In this document: positions 1 through 11,290 of the stretch, piece after piece | Numbering within the stretch: the first letter of the stretch is position 1 | How the letters are laid out: every line of letters begins with the position of its first letter | Assembly: GCA_963825865.1 (NCBI GenBank) | Contig: CAWGVG010000015.1 | Location: 151,569 to 215,568 of the forward strand | Reading direction: 5' to 3' | From: an uncultured Nitrososphaeraceae archaeon | Lineage (GTDB): Archaea > Thermoproteota > Nitrososphaeria > Nitrososphaerales > Nitrososphaeraceae | Length of the DNA stretch: 64,000 nt | Position numbers and translations under genes: made by a program | Notes under the pieces: generated by a model | Databases searched by the model: none | Seen by the model: the letters and a program-made list of their open reading frames with translations, nothing else | What the model was told of the DNA's origin: nothing

Positions 1-148
1 TATTTGTCTTTTCTTGTCCATTCAAATGACATTGGCCGACCATCAGGCTCCTTTATTATAACAGAATGTCCATTTGTCTTTTCCAAAATATTTTAACCTG
101 ATTCAGATCCATAACTAATTTCTGTTTGCCGTGGTACAGTCCTCTTGA

Positions 149-473
149 AATAATAACAATAAACAGTTTTTTATTAATCAAATAGTGTGGTTTGGGATAT
201 CCTTTGGTATAATCTTGATCATTTCTTTATTATTACCATTTCCGATCTCTCTAGTTGCAATATTTGGAATATTTATTTTGCGTAATATGTATAGGAGAAT
301 GAGTCGCACGAGTGGAAGGAGCAGAAATGCTTGGCTCAACACAATCGATGTTTAGCATCAGCAATAATACTAACGTTTCATCATTGAAGTATTATTGTAT
401 AAGCTGCGGAGCAGAACATAATGAAGCAGCATGTCGTAGATGCGCTTCTAAGATGAAAAAGGTGGGATTGTGA
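149..473 (+). pseudogene. Membrane-anchored zinc-ribbon protein, frameshifted; paralogue of 44469..44798
   Basis: Manual translation gives NNKQFFINQIVWFGISFGIILIISLLLPFPISLVAIFGIFIL and, in another frame, SSLKYYCISCGAEHNEAACRRCASKMKKVGL*. This matches 44469 (QFLVSQLIWIGISIG..PFPISLVAI..SLKYYCMSCG..CPKCGSKMKRVG). Confidence 0.7.
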
Positions 474-733
474 TTAGCATATTTAGACGTTGGAAACCAA
501 AAGGGAAAATGTACAGCTTAAGATGTAATCAGTGCGGATCTGGCTTTCTTTCTAGCTTCAACCTTGATGCACCAATTTGCTGCAAATGTTTGCAAAAAGC
601 TAAATCCCTAGACTCAACTGTCGACAATGAAAAGGTATGCAGCAAATGTGGTAAGAGTGGAGTAATTTATGGAAAGGAAATGTGCCATTCTTGCTATTTT
701 GGATTCGAAAAGAAAGAAGAGGCTTTACGATAG
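470..733 (+). CDS. Small multi-CxxC zinc-finger protein
   Basis: 87 aa ORF with four CxxC pairs (CNQC, CCKC, CSKC, CHSC); its start overlaps the stop of the upstream gene. Confidence 0.6.
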   Translation: MISIFRRWKPKGKMYSLRCNQCGSGFLSSFNLDAPICCKCLQKAKSLDSTVDNEKVCSKCGKSGVIYGKEMCHSCYFGFEKKEEALR

Positions 734-1569
734 ATAACCGACCTGGATTTTACATATTGAAAGCACTACTAATCAAATGGATCGTAAACAATTGGCAGGA
801 ATTCTACTTTGACATTGTTGCAGATAGGACATTAGCTCCAGGTAGCAGGTATTATTTATGAAGTAGGCAAAGAAGAAACCATTTATAAAAAAAGATTTTC
901 GTCTGACATTTTCGATACGTATTCGATGAAGCTTTTGGTTAATGATGACTATGTAAGAGGTTAGATGAAAAACACCCATGGAAGCGCCAAGAATCAAAAT
1001 TGATTTTCAGATTAAATGAATAACGCTAATTCACAATACTATTAAAAAACTACATAACTTGATAATGAAACAAAAAGTCAGAGATAAAAAATGAACCGTG
1101 GATACTAACGGGCCTAGCATCTTTGACGCTAATTGACATAATGCAAAGAATGGGAAGACGAGGAGAAGATAACTATGGCAGATCATTTTGATGCACCTGG
1201 TTTGCAAACCACCTAATATGGACGCCCACATAGATATATGCGATATATATATTAATCGTCATGATTTCTAATTGTTGTCCCGATGCTGCTTTGTTCAAGC
1301 GCAATCTTGTGCAAATAGTGCACAGGATAAATCATATTATGACCAAACTTCAAATCTTTAACATGACACACGTTAATGGAGTTTCCCTTACAACATGGCC
1401 TATATCAGGGGAATCAAGTGCTTTTACACCTTTATTGAAATACTTGCCTGATGTCATGTTGTATAGTCAGATGGATCTCTAATAGTTTTCCTCACCGATA
1501 TATCAAACTGAGATGTGGTTAGTATTGATTAGCACATCACATTGAAAATAATAAAAAGGAGATAGTAAA

Positions 1570-1710
1570 ATGCCAATAGATCCAGACTTTCCAAAAAACT
1601 ATCAAGTGATTGGTAAGCACAAGAATGCTGATGGTCAGAATTATCATTATGTTTGGGGACCAGGAAGGCTTTCTGATGCTGCAGAAAATGAAGAGGCAAC
1701 AGCAGACTAA
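1570..1710 (+). pseudogene. N-terminal fragment of thaumarchaeal 4Fe-4S ferredoxin
   Basis: Manual translation MPIDPDFPKNYQVIGKHKNADGQNYHYVWGPGRLSDAAENEE resembles the N-terminal extension of thaumarchaeal ferredoxins; the Cys cluster motif is absent. Confidence 0.65.
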
Positions 1711-1777
1711 AAATAAACAGGTTCCTGTTCACTTGTTAATAAACAAATTGATGATATAATACTGTGTATAGCACAGT

Positions 1778-1966
1778 ATGGAAATCAACAGAAATAAAGA
1801 TGAATTATCCGCAGAAACAGTTCTTGTACTGCAAGGAGGAGGTTCACTTGGCGCATATGAATGTGGAGTATACAAAACCCTTGCAAAACATAACATAAAA
1901 TTCGATATCGTGTCAGGTACATCGATTGGAGCTCTTAATGCAACAATAATAGCTGCTCGCTTCTAA
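1778..1966 (+). pseudogene. Patatin-like phospholipase, N-terminal fragment
   Basis: Contains the LVLQGGGSLGAY oxyanion motif and the GTSIG nucleophile elbow; truncated at 62 aa. Confidence 0.85.
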
Positions 1967-2255
1967 TAACTTCCTGCAAAACCACTACTCAAAATTGCTA
2001 TAAATGAATTGGGCTAGCGTAATAATAATTATCATCCAACAACATATCGCGCAGTTAGGATTTAAGGCATTAACTCGTCATATGATTTGCAATGTAAATG
2101 CAACGCATGGAATAAAAAGACTAAGATGAATATAAGATAGAAGATAATCTGAAAATTCTCTGATTGAAAGCTAAACGAAAGACTTGACATGACCATTATC
2201 AAAGATTAAATAAGAACAGTTCCAAATTCGATTAGTCGAATATTAATTGTCATCA

Positions 2256-2790
2256 TCAGTATCCTGTAAACTCTTCAACTTTGATTCTTTCTTTTGAGAT
2301 TTCTAATTCTTCTTGGAGCAGTGATTGCATAGCTTTTAGCATGCTAGGAGGACCACAGATATAGAATATTGAATTATTTAGTTCATTAGTATCTACGTAC
2401 TTCAAAATCATTGCTTTGTCTATTCTCCCATATTCTCCTTTCCAATCATTTTTTGCAGTAGATAATGATGTTTTTTCACGTCGATCTTCTTCTTCTCCTT
2501 CGCTAATAGTATAGATAACCTTCAGATTTTTATTTATGTTCGCCCAGTCATCAAACTCTCTTTTGAATAAGATGTTGCTAATATTCCTATTGGAGTCAAA
2601 CATTGTTATTTTTACGGGCAGCTGCTTATCTGTAGCATACTTTATCTTAGTTCTAAATGGAGTAACACCTATTCCACCAGAAAGAAATACAGCAGGAGTT
2701 GAATAATCTTGATGTAATACAAATTGGCCCTCAGGACCTTTTACCTTGACTTTTGCGCCTTCCTCTAAATTTGAAAGTCTCTTTTTTTTC
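2256..2790 (-). pseudogene. FNR-like FAD/NAD(P)-binding oxidoreductase, N-terminally truncated
   Basis: The frame extends upstream of the called ORF: VKVKGPEGQFVL..FLSGGIGVTPF..FYICGPPSM..EEFTGY. Confidence 0.85.
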
Positions 2791-3003
2791 TGTTTTCGGA
2801 GGTGAAATGAAATTGAATTTAATTAGTATGCCTACAAGAGCATACAGACAATGGAAGTATAATTGATTTAACTAATATCCCTTGTAAAAAGGAAAGTGAT
2901 CAAACCGGTAGTTTCAAATCAATTTAGACTCGAGCAAGCTATTGACGCATTGGAAATGTTAAGAGTTGGTAAAATAATCGGGAGATCAGTAATAAACCCG
3001 TGA
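2791..3003 (+). pseudogene. C-terminal fragment of Zn-dependent alcohol dehydrogenase
   Basis: Manual translation: FGGEMKLNLISMPTRAY...VIKPVVSNQFRLEQAIDALEMLRVGKIIGRSVINP*, typical of an MDR C-terminus. Confidence 0.65.
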
Positions 3004-3347
3004 AATAATTAAAAGCAATAAGTACTCCAAAATAAAGGATGTTACGAACATCTCAGGTGATGAGTGCAAGAGTCAATCGAGAAGTAGTAAAATTTTCAAT
3101 CAACTTTTGGCTTTCATAGCTTATCTATCAAGACAGAACCAAATACACCAACGTACGATACTTCTTTCTGTTTCACACATATATAATAATTGAGCGCCTA
3201 AGAGAAAATATGCTTTGTAGAAAACATGCTTTTGATAGATTCCATCAAAGCTAACGCAATGCGATAGAAATAAAGACATCAAGGTCGGCGAAGGTCTTCA
3301 GTATACAGGGCTAAAGGGATCAGCGTCTAATACACTCCAAGCAGGCC

Positions 3348-3881
3348 TTACTTTATGAATACTACTCCGATGCTCGCAACTTCAATTTTCACGGGCGGTA
3401 GAGGTGGTGGAGGATCTTCCTTTGTATCTACTCTATTATTTAGATGGATTGAAACACCCAAACCAAATTTGAAACTCCTTGGTCCAGGCACTTCAAGTGA
3501 AATAGTATTCCAGTTATTAAATGAGGTGATAGCCAAAGGGTTAAATTCATGAACTACATTTTCACCATCTTTTATTCCAACTTTATCAATCCCTCCAAAC
3601 GGACTATCTCTAGTACGAATTCTGAGCTTCACAGATTTGATTTTCCATTGCTCGCCGCTTACATTTGGGGATGGTACATTAGTCCAAATCCAATTTTGTT
3701 GGCCGTTACTTAGTATTATACTGAAGGTTAAACCTCCCACCCGAATCTGCCCTACTTGTGGATTATCTGGAGATATTGAAGTGTAGCCTATCCATAGTTC
3801 TTGAATTTGAGTTGTTGGATGCGACAATAAACTAGAAACCGTTATCAAGTATATAGATTTTTCACAGATTGTTAAGCCCAT
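3348..3881 (-). CDS. Hypothetical beta-rich protein
   Basis: 177 aa ORF, no recognised motif. Confidence 0.5.
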   Translation of the reverse strand: MGLTICEKSIYLITVSSLLSHPTTQIQELWIGYTSISPDNPQVGQIRVGGLTFSIILSNGQQNWIWTNVPSPNVSGEQWKIKSVKLRIRTRDSPFGGIDKVGIKDGENVVHEFNPLAITSFNNWNTISLEVPGPRSFKFGLGVSIHLNNRVDTKEDPPPPLPPVKIEVASIGVVFIK

Positions 3882-3967
3882 TATTCTGTCTAATTAGGAT
3901 CTATATTGAAATTCATATATTGTACATCTAGTTTACAATATATGCATTGGCCTAAAATTAAAGAATC

Positions 3968-4240
3968 TTGGAACCTTGTGATAAACATATCAGCAAAGAT
4001 ATCAAAGTTAGCGAGCTGTTTCATTTCACAGCAACCAAGGTTCAGGTAAAGCATCTAGATCATCTTTTCAGGATATACATCAAGTCAATGGGAAAGGACC
4101 CTGTATGCAGAGTAGAAGAAACCAAGTCTCCTAAAAAACCTGCTATTGCATTCAAACATTTCATAAACAATGTTTTCAATCCACCACAAAGGTTTGATAT
4201 GGTAGACAAAATAGGTTGCGAATGCAAGAAGGTAAGATAA
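3968..4240 (+). CDS. Hypothetical protein (resembles conserved thaumarchaeal small proteins)
   Basis: 90 aa ORF; weak family recognition only. Confidence 0.5.
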   Translation: MEPCDKHISKDIKVSELFHFTATKVQVKHLDHLFRIYIKSMGKDPVCRVEETKSPKKPAIAFKHFINNVFNPPQRFDMVDKIGCECKKVR

Positions 4241-4886
4241 TACTAATGTCAGATTCTTGTTCTTCCGACTCAGGTGCAGACTCGAGATATGAATCATATA
4301 TTAGAATGCAAGGGTATAGATGTATCTTCTCTTTTATCTGAAAGGGAAAAGAGAGAAAGAAAAAAGACTTCCTCAAAATTCTTAGCAGATGCGTTGCTAG
4401 TAAATGACGGAGAATGTATAGCCTATTATCCGGTTCACACAAATTAATCAACTAACATACAACATACTTCTTCGGCGCCGAAACAATTTGCCAATTGTAA
4501 AAATTCAAATAATAAATTGAGGATGGTTTGATTAGTTCCATAAGCCCTAACTCTTAACAGGATAGTATCTTTAAATCAAGTTTACAAGCTCATGAATTTA
4601 TTATAAACCTTTATCTTCAGTCCTGTTCATATTCCTTACCGTTGTTAATCTCAATCTAGTTGAATTTAGAATTTGGATTGTAGTTATATGATCTCCTTTT
4701 GTAGGAGGAAAAGTCTGTTTTATAGTCTTAGCCATATAATGGTAACTATAGGTTTACTACATCAATATCAATCATGATGTTTATTCCAAAATTTAGTAAC
4801 CCTAAATTAGTGCTTAGGATATGCCATAATATCCTTAAAACAAATATTTTGTCTTGTTCTTATAAGTCAAAGAATAAATTTTTCTA

Positions 4887-5262
4887 TCAGACGGTAACAT
4901 TAAAGTTTGTCCAAGCCTGAACGTATGCATTAGAGATCCTATCGAGCTCATATATGGCATAGTGTCTAGCTGAAACTGATTTTGCGCGGCCTGCCAAAAT
5001 GTCAGCCTCATTCATATCCATTATCCTGGTCATTACATTATAATGGATTCTTCTCAATCCTACAAACATAATGCCTGCAATTTTTTTGGTTATTTGGTGA
5101 GCTACATCAATATCGATATCATTGAAGTTTGCAACTTTGCGAAACTTCTCCCAAATATCGGTTGGTAAAATCGTAAAATAACACTTTTTATGAGCTCTAA
5201 ACCAATTTATAACAATTATAGTCACACCATTGGATTTATCAATAACATGTAATTTATTACAA
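4887..5262 (-). pseudogene. SSV1-type tyrosine integrase, C-terminal fragment
   Basis: GLRRIHYNVM..ADILAGRAKSVSARHY carries the R...Y catalytic pattern of archaeal SSV1-like integrases; the 5' part is replaced by an IS. Confidence 0.7.
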
Positions 5263-5269
5263 TTACATC

Positions 5270-5969
5270 CTCCTAGGTTGTTACATATCTCAGTATTATG
5301 AATATAGATGATTTCACAACATTACAGAAATTTACAGATAGGATCGCAGGTACTATATTAGAAAGAATGATCTCTTCTTTCATTGCCATTCCTCTTATCA
5401 ATGTCAAGCAGATATTCTTTGGAATAGATTCGTCTGGATTCAAGTCACCCCGTTTATCACAGGTACTACACAGAAGAGCTAAACTAAGAAGAAGGAAATG
5501 GATAAAGTTGTCTATTGGAGCTAAAACAGATAATATGCACCATTAAGAAAAGGAGAGCTCCTACAAAACATGACAATATAGATTTTAAATCGATTATAAT
5601 AACAAAATCACCAGACATTAAGCAACTATCCATAGTAGTAGCGGACAAGGGATATGACAGCGAAGCGAACCATGTACTTGTGAGAGAAGACCTCAAAGCA
5701 TACTGCATCATTCCTCCTAGATACACACATGTTCCGATATGGAGGACGCATGGCAGGTATTGAAAGCAGATGAAGCGTGGATACTCCAAACTATTGTACA
5801 ATCAACGTAACAAGGACGAAACCATAATGTCTGTCATAAAGAGGCTGTTTGGAGAACATGTTTCTTCAAGGCTAAAAACACAGAACAGGGAATTATCATT
5901 CAGATGTATAGCCTATAACATGCATAGACTAACGAATCTTGTCATTATTGTGATGATTTCTACATAGCC
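5270..5969 (+). mobile_element. IS5/IS4-like transposase remnant (frameshifted, 5' truncated)
   Basis: DDE motifs GIDSSGFK, VVADKGYDSE and YNQRNKDETIMSVIKR are spread over three ORFs. Confidence 0.85.
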
Positions 5970-5995
5970 GATGCTGAAAAAAGTTTTAATATTAG

Positions 5996-6439
5996 CTAAT
6001 TTGGCACTAGAATTGCCTCACACTGCAATTCTCCGCCGTGCTTGCAACGGAAGTCTTGAATACATTGTTCGAGGGTTTCATGTCCTGTTTCGTGCGGGAT
6101 TGGCGAAGGAAATGAATTCTTGCTGATCACCCTGTTAGTGACCAAGTCTCTTACAATTATTGCCACATTGGCTCCGTCAGTCTTAACTTCACTTTTGAAT
6201 GTTCGAGTCGTTTTCTTTTTCTTGTTTTTTACTTGGGTATACCTTAGGACCAAACCTGTGCCTGCCTTATTCAAATCGATCGGCTTCCGAACAGCGCCGT
6301 TCGTCAGTGAAGTTACCACTTTGTTTTCGTCTTCCTGTAGACTGAAGTTATAACCTTTGACAGTTTTGCCCTTTAACATTCGTAAAAGCTCTTGCTTCCG
6401 ATCGGCCATTATAGCTCTTCCAGCTGCAAAACTAGACAA
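5996..6439 (-). CDS. Hypothetical protein (fragment?)
   Basis: 147 aa ORF, visibly more GC-rich than its flanks. Confidence 0.4.
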   Translation of the reverse strand: MSSFAAGRAIMADRKQELLRMLKGKTVKGYNFSLQEDENKVVTSLTNGAVRKPIDLNKAGTGLVLRYTQVKNKKKKTTRTFKSEVKTDGANVAIIVRDLVTNRVISKNSFPSPIPHETGHETLEQCIQDFRCKHGGELQCEAILVPN

Positions 6440-6617
6440 CAGAAGACGGTTACGCCAGCATTTATCATATATGCATCAAGATGAATTGCGTTATTATTAA
6501 ACAATTAAGCCCGCTCTTGCTGAATTTAATTGTTACATATACAGATACAAAAACATGCGCGAGCCTCTGCGTAGACCACCACCATAAATTTTCCTGGAAA
6601 TAGAAAATGTTTTTAAC

Positions 6618-7448
6618 ATGTTTCTCTTTTTCAAAAAATATGGTAATAGGCGTTATTTACAATGGCAAGCAGCTCATAAAGATAAAGATGGAGTACAAAT
6701 GCTATTCCCTTCAAAGAGTGGCGGTAAAGAGTATTATTTATCAGATGCAGATAATATTAATGAGGGAAAATTTATTACAACGGATCAAAATAATGCAGAG
6801 AAAAAGACCGAAGGTAATTTAGCTTTCTGGAAGGTTTCAGGTAAGGATGTTCATTATAGTGATCAGTCCATTGGAAAAACAATTCGAGTCAATATTAATG
6901 CAGGAGGTGGCCTTGATGGACATCAACAGAATACATGGGAGGATAATCCCAGATATATATGGACAAACAAGGATTCGAAAAATGCAGAATTTACTTATTA
7001 TATAAGATGCTCTGGAACACAGGCCTCCTGTTGTGAACTTATTCTAAGAGTAGGTGAAGGTAATGCCAGCCTAAATTATAACTTTGAATACAATCATCCA
7101 GACTATGTAAACGATGAAGATGGCATAAAGAAGCTACAAGCAAATAACGATACTGAAATAGGAAAATGGTTTGGAAGAAAAACTATTGTGTGGACCAATA
7201 GTGATGGTAAATCTGTAACTGCGCGGGACTATATAGACCTGGACCCATTCAGTGCAAACGGTAAGCCTAAAAACAACTGGAAGCCGTTACAAGAAAAAGT
7301 ATTTAGAACTATCAGCAGAGAAACAGAAGATGGAAAAAAATATAACGTTCCTCCTCTCTGGGGTGGAATGTTTACATCTCGTGTAGATGGTTTCCAAACA
7401 GTTGATTACGCAATTGTTTCACTTAGAGAAATTAAGAGATTGATATAA
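6618..7448 (+). CDS. Putative carbohydrate-binding/beta-sandwich protein of an expanded thaumarchaeal family
   Basis: DKDGVQMLFPSKSGGKEY, KNAEFTYYIR, GKWFGRK and VSLREI resemble a Nitrososphaerales family; function inferred. Confidence 0.55.
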   Translation: MFLFFKKYGNRRYLQWQAAHKDKDGVQMLFPSKSGGKEYYLSDADNINEGKFITTDQNNAEKKTEGNLAFWKVSGKDVHYSDQSIGKTIRVNINAGGGLDGHQQNTWEDNPRYIWTNKDSKNAEFTYYIRCSGTQASCCELILRVGEGNASLNYNFEYNHPDYVNDEDGIKKLQANNDTEIGKWFGRKTIVWTNSDGKSVTARDYIDLDPFSANGKPKNNWKPLQEKVFRTISRETEDGKKYNVPPLWGGMFTSRVDGFQTVDYAIVSLREIKRLI

Positions 7449-7503
7449 TAGGAATTTAAAAAATGATAATTATAGGTAAATATAAAGATATGACAATGGA
7501 GGT

Positions 7504-7851
7504 TTGATGGATAAATTCGTTCAGACTAATTCGCCAACAGGCATAAGTTGCAAACGTAATATAACAATGGGTTACTTTGATGGTAACACGGTTACCGCGT
7601 TATGGAATTATGCCCAGCATTTTGCAATGAGTGATAACTTTTTCGGCAGTACCTTTGGTCCATCTACTCCTGGTGCTCTTAATCTTGTGTCAGGTCAGAC
7701 ACATGGAGCAACACCAACTAACATTTCTGATAACATAGCAAATGAAATAGCAAATGGAATAGTAATTGGCGATCCGGATCCAGCTAATGATGATTGTTCG
7801 AATGGTGACACAGTGTCTATGCATGGAAAGAATATAGGTGACCTTATGAAT
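7504..7851 (+). pseudogene. Phospholipase C/phosphoesterase internal fragment
   Basis: MGYFDGNTVTALWNYAQHFAMSDNFFGSTFGPSTPGALNLVSGQTHG is a phosphoesterase-family signature. Confidence 0.85.
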
Positions 7852-8723
7852 CACTGGCAGCATCCTCTACAAGATAATCTGCAAGAGCTGCCACTTGGGA
7901 TTCATGCCATTCAGAGTCGACCAAATGACATAGCCCTGGACTATATCCGCGGCAACATCGTAGACCCTAGACTGTTTATCCCAATCCCAATGAATCTACC
8001 TGGACCAGATAACGATCTTAACGAGAAGTTGACCACTACGTGCAACGAGCAATGGCCGACGAAAATTCGGTGCTTTACGCGTTTGGTGATACATGGGGAC
8101 CAGACAATAAGCGCGACAAGATTTTTGGATTTCAACCAGGGGCTGGTATTCATGATATCCATATGAACCAAGGAAACGATAGCAGACACCGCGGTGACGA
8201 TGGCGTATGGCAAGACGGCGGTCTGATATTTCAATTTCCTGGGCAGGATCAGTGGGTCGGAATTCTTCTGCGGTTCCAGTCGCAGGCTTGGCATACTGAT
8301 GACTCGACGGGACATGCTATTGCAATCCCTACTAGTGGTCCTCCCTCGGACGCAATGCCAGCCGTTCGACTCAGTCCCGATACTCTGCCTACTACCGATC
8401 GTCCTGATGGGTTAATTCGTATCGTTGCCGCACTTGTCAACGATACCAAAAGTCCTGAGCGAGAAACCATAACCTTGTTGAACAGGTCTAATCGTGAGGT
8501 ATCGCTGAGTGGGTGGAAGATTGGAGACAAGCAAAAGAATAAGATGTTCCTGGATGGGACGGTCGGTCCAGGTGCAACTAAGACCATTACTGTCGCTGCA
8601 CCTGTATCGCTATCAAACAAGGGTGGGATTATCACCTTGCTCGACGAGCATGGGCTTAAGGTGGATGGTGTGTCATATACACACTCTAAGGCGCGCCATG
8701 CAGGTTGGACCCTCACGTTCTAA
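7852..8723 (+). CDS. YukJ/DUF2278 domain plus lamin-tail domain (5' truncated, fused to the PLC fragment; one frameshift near 8030)
   Basis: ALDYIRGN, YAFG, GIHDIHMNQGN and WQDGGL match DUF2278; ETITLLN..VSLSGWKI..LSNKGGIITLLD..VDGVSY matches LTD. Confidence 0.8.
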
Positions 8724-8873
8724 ATCATTCTAGAGGGTAGCTCTAACAAGGATTATTGCAAACCGTGAATCCCTTAGCCTAACTTTGCTGACCATGAATT
8801 GGCCCGATGGTAGCCATATCTGCTATCTTAATGGCAGCAACACTAGGTTTCGATACCCGATTGTATTAAATTA

Positions 8874-9172
8874 TTGTCGTATAGAAAGCTGCTTGTAGAA
8901 CTTGACTATAATGGTCCCGTATCTGATCCTATGAAATATATAGCAAGGGTTGCAAATAACGCTAATCTAAGCGAAAAGACAAAGCACCAAGCATTGTATA
9001 TCATGAAAAGGAAATATATATTGAAAAAGATCCCATGGGACTTGCAGCAACGGTTCTTTATGTATCATGTGTGAAGACTGGAGAAAAAATAACTCAAGGA
9101 AATTGCAAAATCAGCTGGTGTAACAGAAATGACATCGATTCAAAGATCTAAAGACTACACTTGAATTAATTA
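8874..9172 (+). pseudogene. tfb: TFIIB C-terminal cyclin-repeat fragment
   Basis: DPMKYIARVANNANLSEKTKHQA, then KDPMGLAATVLYVSCVKTGEKITQ..IAKSAGVTE in shifted frames; similar to 26623..26883. Confidence 0.8.
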
Positions 9173-9356
9173 AAGGAAAAGTGGCACTGCAATGTACTTA
9201 TCATAGTTATCATTGGGGCTCTGATAGATTTATCTGATTATTTCAGCGAAATTGGCTGGTGTTGATGAGAGAGATAATATTGTATTGTTAACAGCGGCTT
9301 TTAACAATTCGTCATAAAGCAGTTTCCAAAACTGCTGGTATAACCTATCTATTTCA

Positions 9357-9599
9357 TTAGCCCGCTGTTGTTGCGATTGTTGACAAAACACCATTTGATA
9401 TTGTTTGCAGCTTATCCCAGTTTACATTCACTATATGCTGAGATTCCAAATACAAAAGAACGGCAAAAAATATCCCCGCTATTACGGCCAATATTTTCAT
9501 TATACGTTTTATAGTAAAACCAATTAAAAAGCCCATTATCCCGCCAAAACCAATAGTACTTAAAAGTGGCATAAAGCTAGTTGCAGTTTCTACAGTCAT
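9357..9599 (-). CDS. FUN14-family membrane protein (probably 3' truncated)
   Basis: IGFGGIMGFLIGFTIKRIMKILAVIAGIFFAVLLYLESQHIVNVNWDKL. Confidence 0.8.
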   Translation of the reverse strand: MTVETATSFMPLLSTIGFGGIMGFLIGFTIKRIMKILAVIAGIFFAVLLYLESQHIVNVNWDKLQTISNGVLSTIATTAG

Positions 9600-9697
9600 T
9601 TTTTACCCATTCCTTTACCAAGATAGCTTTCAACCGCTCTCCTGATGAATCGGCTCCTTGGAATATCGCCACGCTTTTGGTCGATTTTCTGTATCAT
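9596..9697 (-). pseudogene. Ribbon-helix-helix (CopG-like) protein, helices only; ATGA-coupled to FUN14
   Basis: Manual translation MIQKIDQKRGDIPRSRFIRRAVESYLGKGMGKK*; its TGA overlaps the FUN14 ATG. Confidence 0.7.
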
Positions 9698-9700
9698 CGA

Positions 9701-9780
9701 CTAGTACAATGTACTACACACATAGCTAAAAGGTTTTTGATAGCAAATTGTTTAAGATTATTATAGTAATATATTGTGTT
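9701..9780 (-). repeat. RHH promoter region, copy 1, with 15-bp palindrome TAGTACAATGTACTA (9702..9716)
   Basis: Near-identical to 11367..11445. Confidence 0.8.
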
Positions 9781-9869
9781 TGTTTCTTACTTTTCTCTGC
9801 AGGCATGAATAATAATAATATAATATTCACAGATACAGATAAAAAAATTCAAGCCACCCAAGCTGTGGT

Positions 9870-10136
9870 TTATGGGACCGAATTACTTGCAGTTTGAGAG
9901 ATTGATCCTGTCGCGGAGGCTGAACTATTATTGCCGCTCACTGTTTGTTCTTGTGTTATGGTAGCTTGTTGTTCATTGCTTTGGCAATTAAGGGTACTCT
10001 CTCCCTTAGCTTTACACTTTACAGCTGCAGTTGCAGATGCTTCTTGTATTGTCGCTAAATGTATTCCTGTTAAAAGAACTGCCGTTGCCACAAGTGCAAT
10101 TACACTTACTAGAGTTCTTTTTTTTGTGTTGTTCAT
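9870..10136 (-). CDS. Small secreted S/T/Q/N-rich protein (MNNT family, copy A)
   Basis: MNNTKKR plus a hydrophobic signal peptide and AxA site; one Cys pair; polar low-complexity mature part. Confidence 0.75.
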   Translation of the reverse strand: MNNTKKRTLVSVIALVATAVLLTGIHLATIQEASATAAVKCKAKGESTLNCQSNEQQATITQEQTVSGNNSSASATGSISQTASNSVP

Positions 10137-10492
10137 ATCTTATAAAAGATATCATCAGTATATTTGGCTTGGCTAAGTTATTACTATTTGTTATATCTGA
10201 TTTATATAGCATAAATTATTACTTAATTATTTAGCATAATTATTATCGATCTATTTAGAGAGATTATTTGATATAACAAACAACGATTTGTGTAGCTTTT
10301 CAAAAGTATTACCTTTCTATAAATAAGTTCTAATAGTTTGGTAACATTAATAATTATATCAAACAATTTAGAGCAAATTACTTTATAGAAATCAGTACTA
10401 GATTATACTAAATAAGTCTGTAATAACAAACAGTAATAACTTGCACAAGTCAAATATATAGACGACATTGTACTGCTTGTGACGAAATCTAA

Positions 10493-10819
10493 ATGAACAA
10501 CACAAAATCACTAGCAATAGTTGCTGTCTTAATAGCGGCAACATTAGTAGTAGGAGTAACGTTCGCAGCGACAACACCAACAGCATCAGCAGCATATGGT
10601 CATAAGAAAGGAGACAAGAGAGATGACAAGAGAGATGCTAATGGTAACACAATTACCGCTCAGATAAATGCACAAAAAGGGTATGTAAGCGGATTTGATA
10701 ACACACTAGAACAAGAAGCACAAAACGTGATATGTACACATCCAGGCAGCAATGCAACCTGTGTAAGTGAAGGGAGCGAATCTACTGCAACTGACACAAC
10801 TGACAACGGCGGAGAATAG
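10493..10819 (+). CDS. Small secreted protein (MNNT family, copy B)
   Basis: MNNTKSL plus signal peptide; SGFDNTLEQEAQNVICTHPGSNATC. Confidence 0.8.
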   Translation: MNNTKSLAIVAVLIAATLVVGVTFAATTPTASAAYGHKKGDKRDDKRDANGNTITAQINAQKGYVSGFDNTLEQEAQNVICTHPGSNATCVSEGSESTATDTTDNGGE

Positions 10820-11177
10820 AATAGCAGCTGTAGCTGTTACTATGTGGTAAGGTAGTTACTTTACCTTTTTTTCTTTTTTTGCAATAATGTTATAATTAAA
10901 TAATTCTCCTTGATGACATGGTCATGATTTATGTATGTGGTGTAATATCACAGAGACATTTTTTACAAAAAATCGATTTTTGAATACTGTAATATATTTA
11001 ACCCTTAATTATCCCAAGAGTAAATCCCATTGCTGTACTACCAGTTAGCGGAATCCCTAGGTTAGTCATTGTATTTGTTATTGGTAAGATAGGCAGCTAC
11101 ACTCCTGTCTCTTGTAATAGGAGATTGCTATATTATACTAATCATAGATAATATTTGACATACAGAATAGTTATACG

Positions 11178-11290
11178 AAATAAATCAGCAATAACTTACT
11201 CAAGTCAAATATACAGATGACGTCTCATTCAGAATATAAATGAACAACTACAGTCAACTACAAAAAGGACTACTCTAATAATAGCTGTAT
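11178..11290 (+). pseudogene. MNN-family cassette copy C: upstream motif plus degraded signal-peptide start
   Basis: AAATAAATCAGCAATAACTTACTCAAGTCAAATATACAGATGA, then ATGAACAAC at 11240 and a frameshifted TKRTTLIIAV. Confidence 0.7.

Noticed and set aside
8790-8865. GGTTTCGATACC as a tRNA T-arm or att site
   Set aside because: No cloverleaf can be built; the stretch reads better as a degraded signal-peptide fragment.
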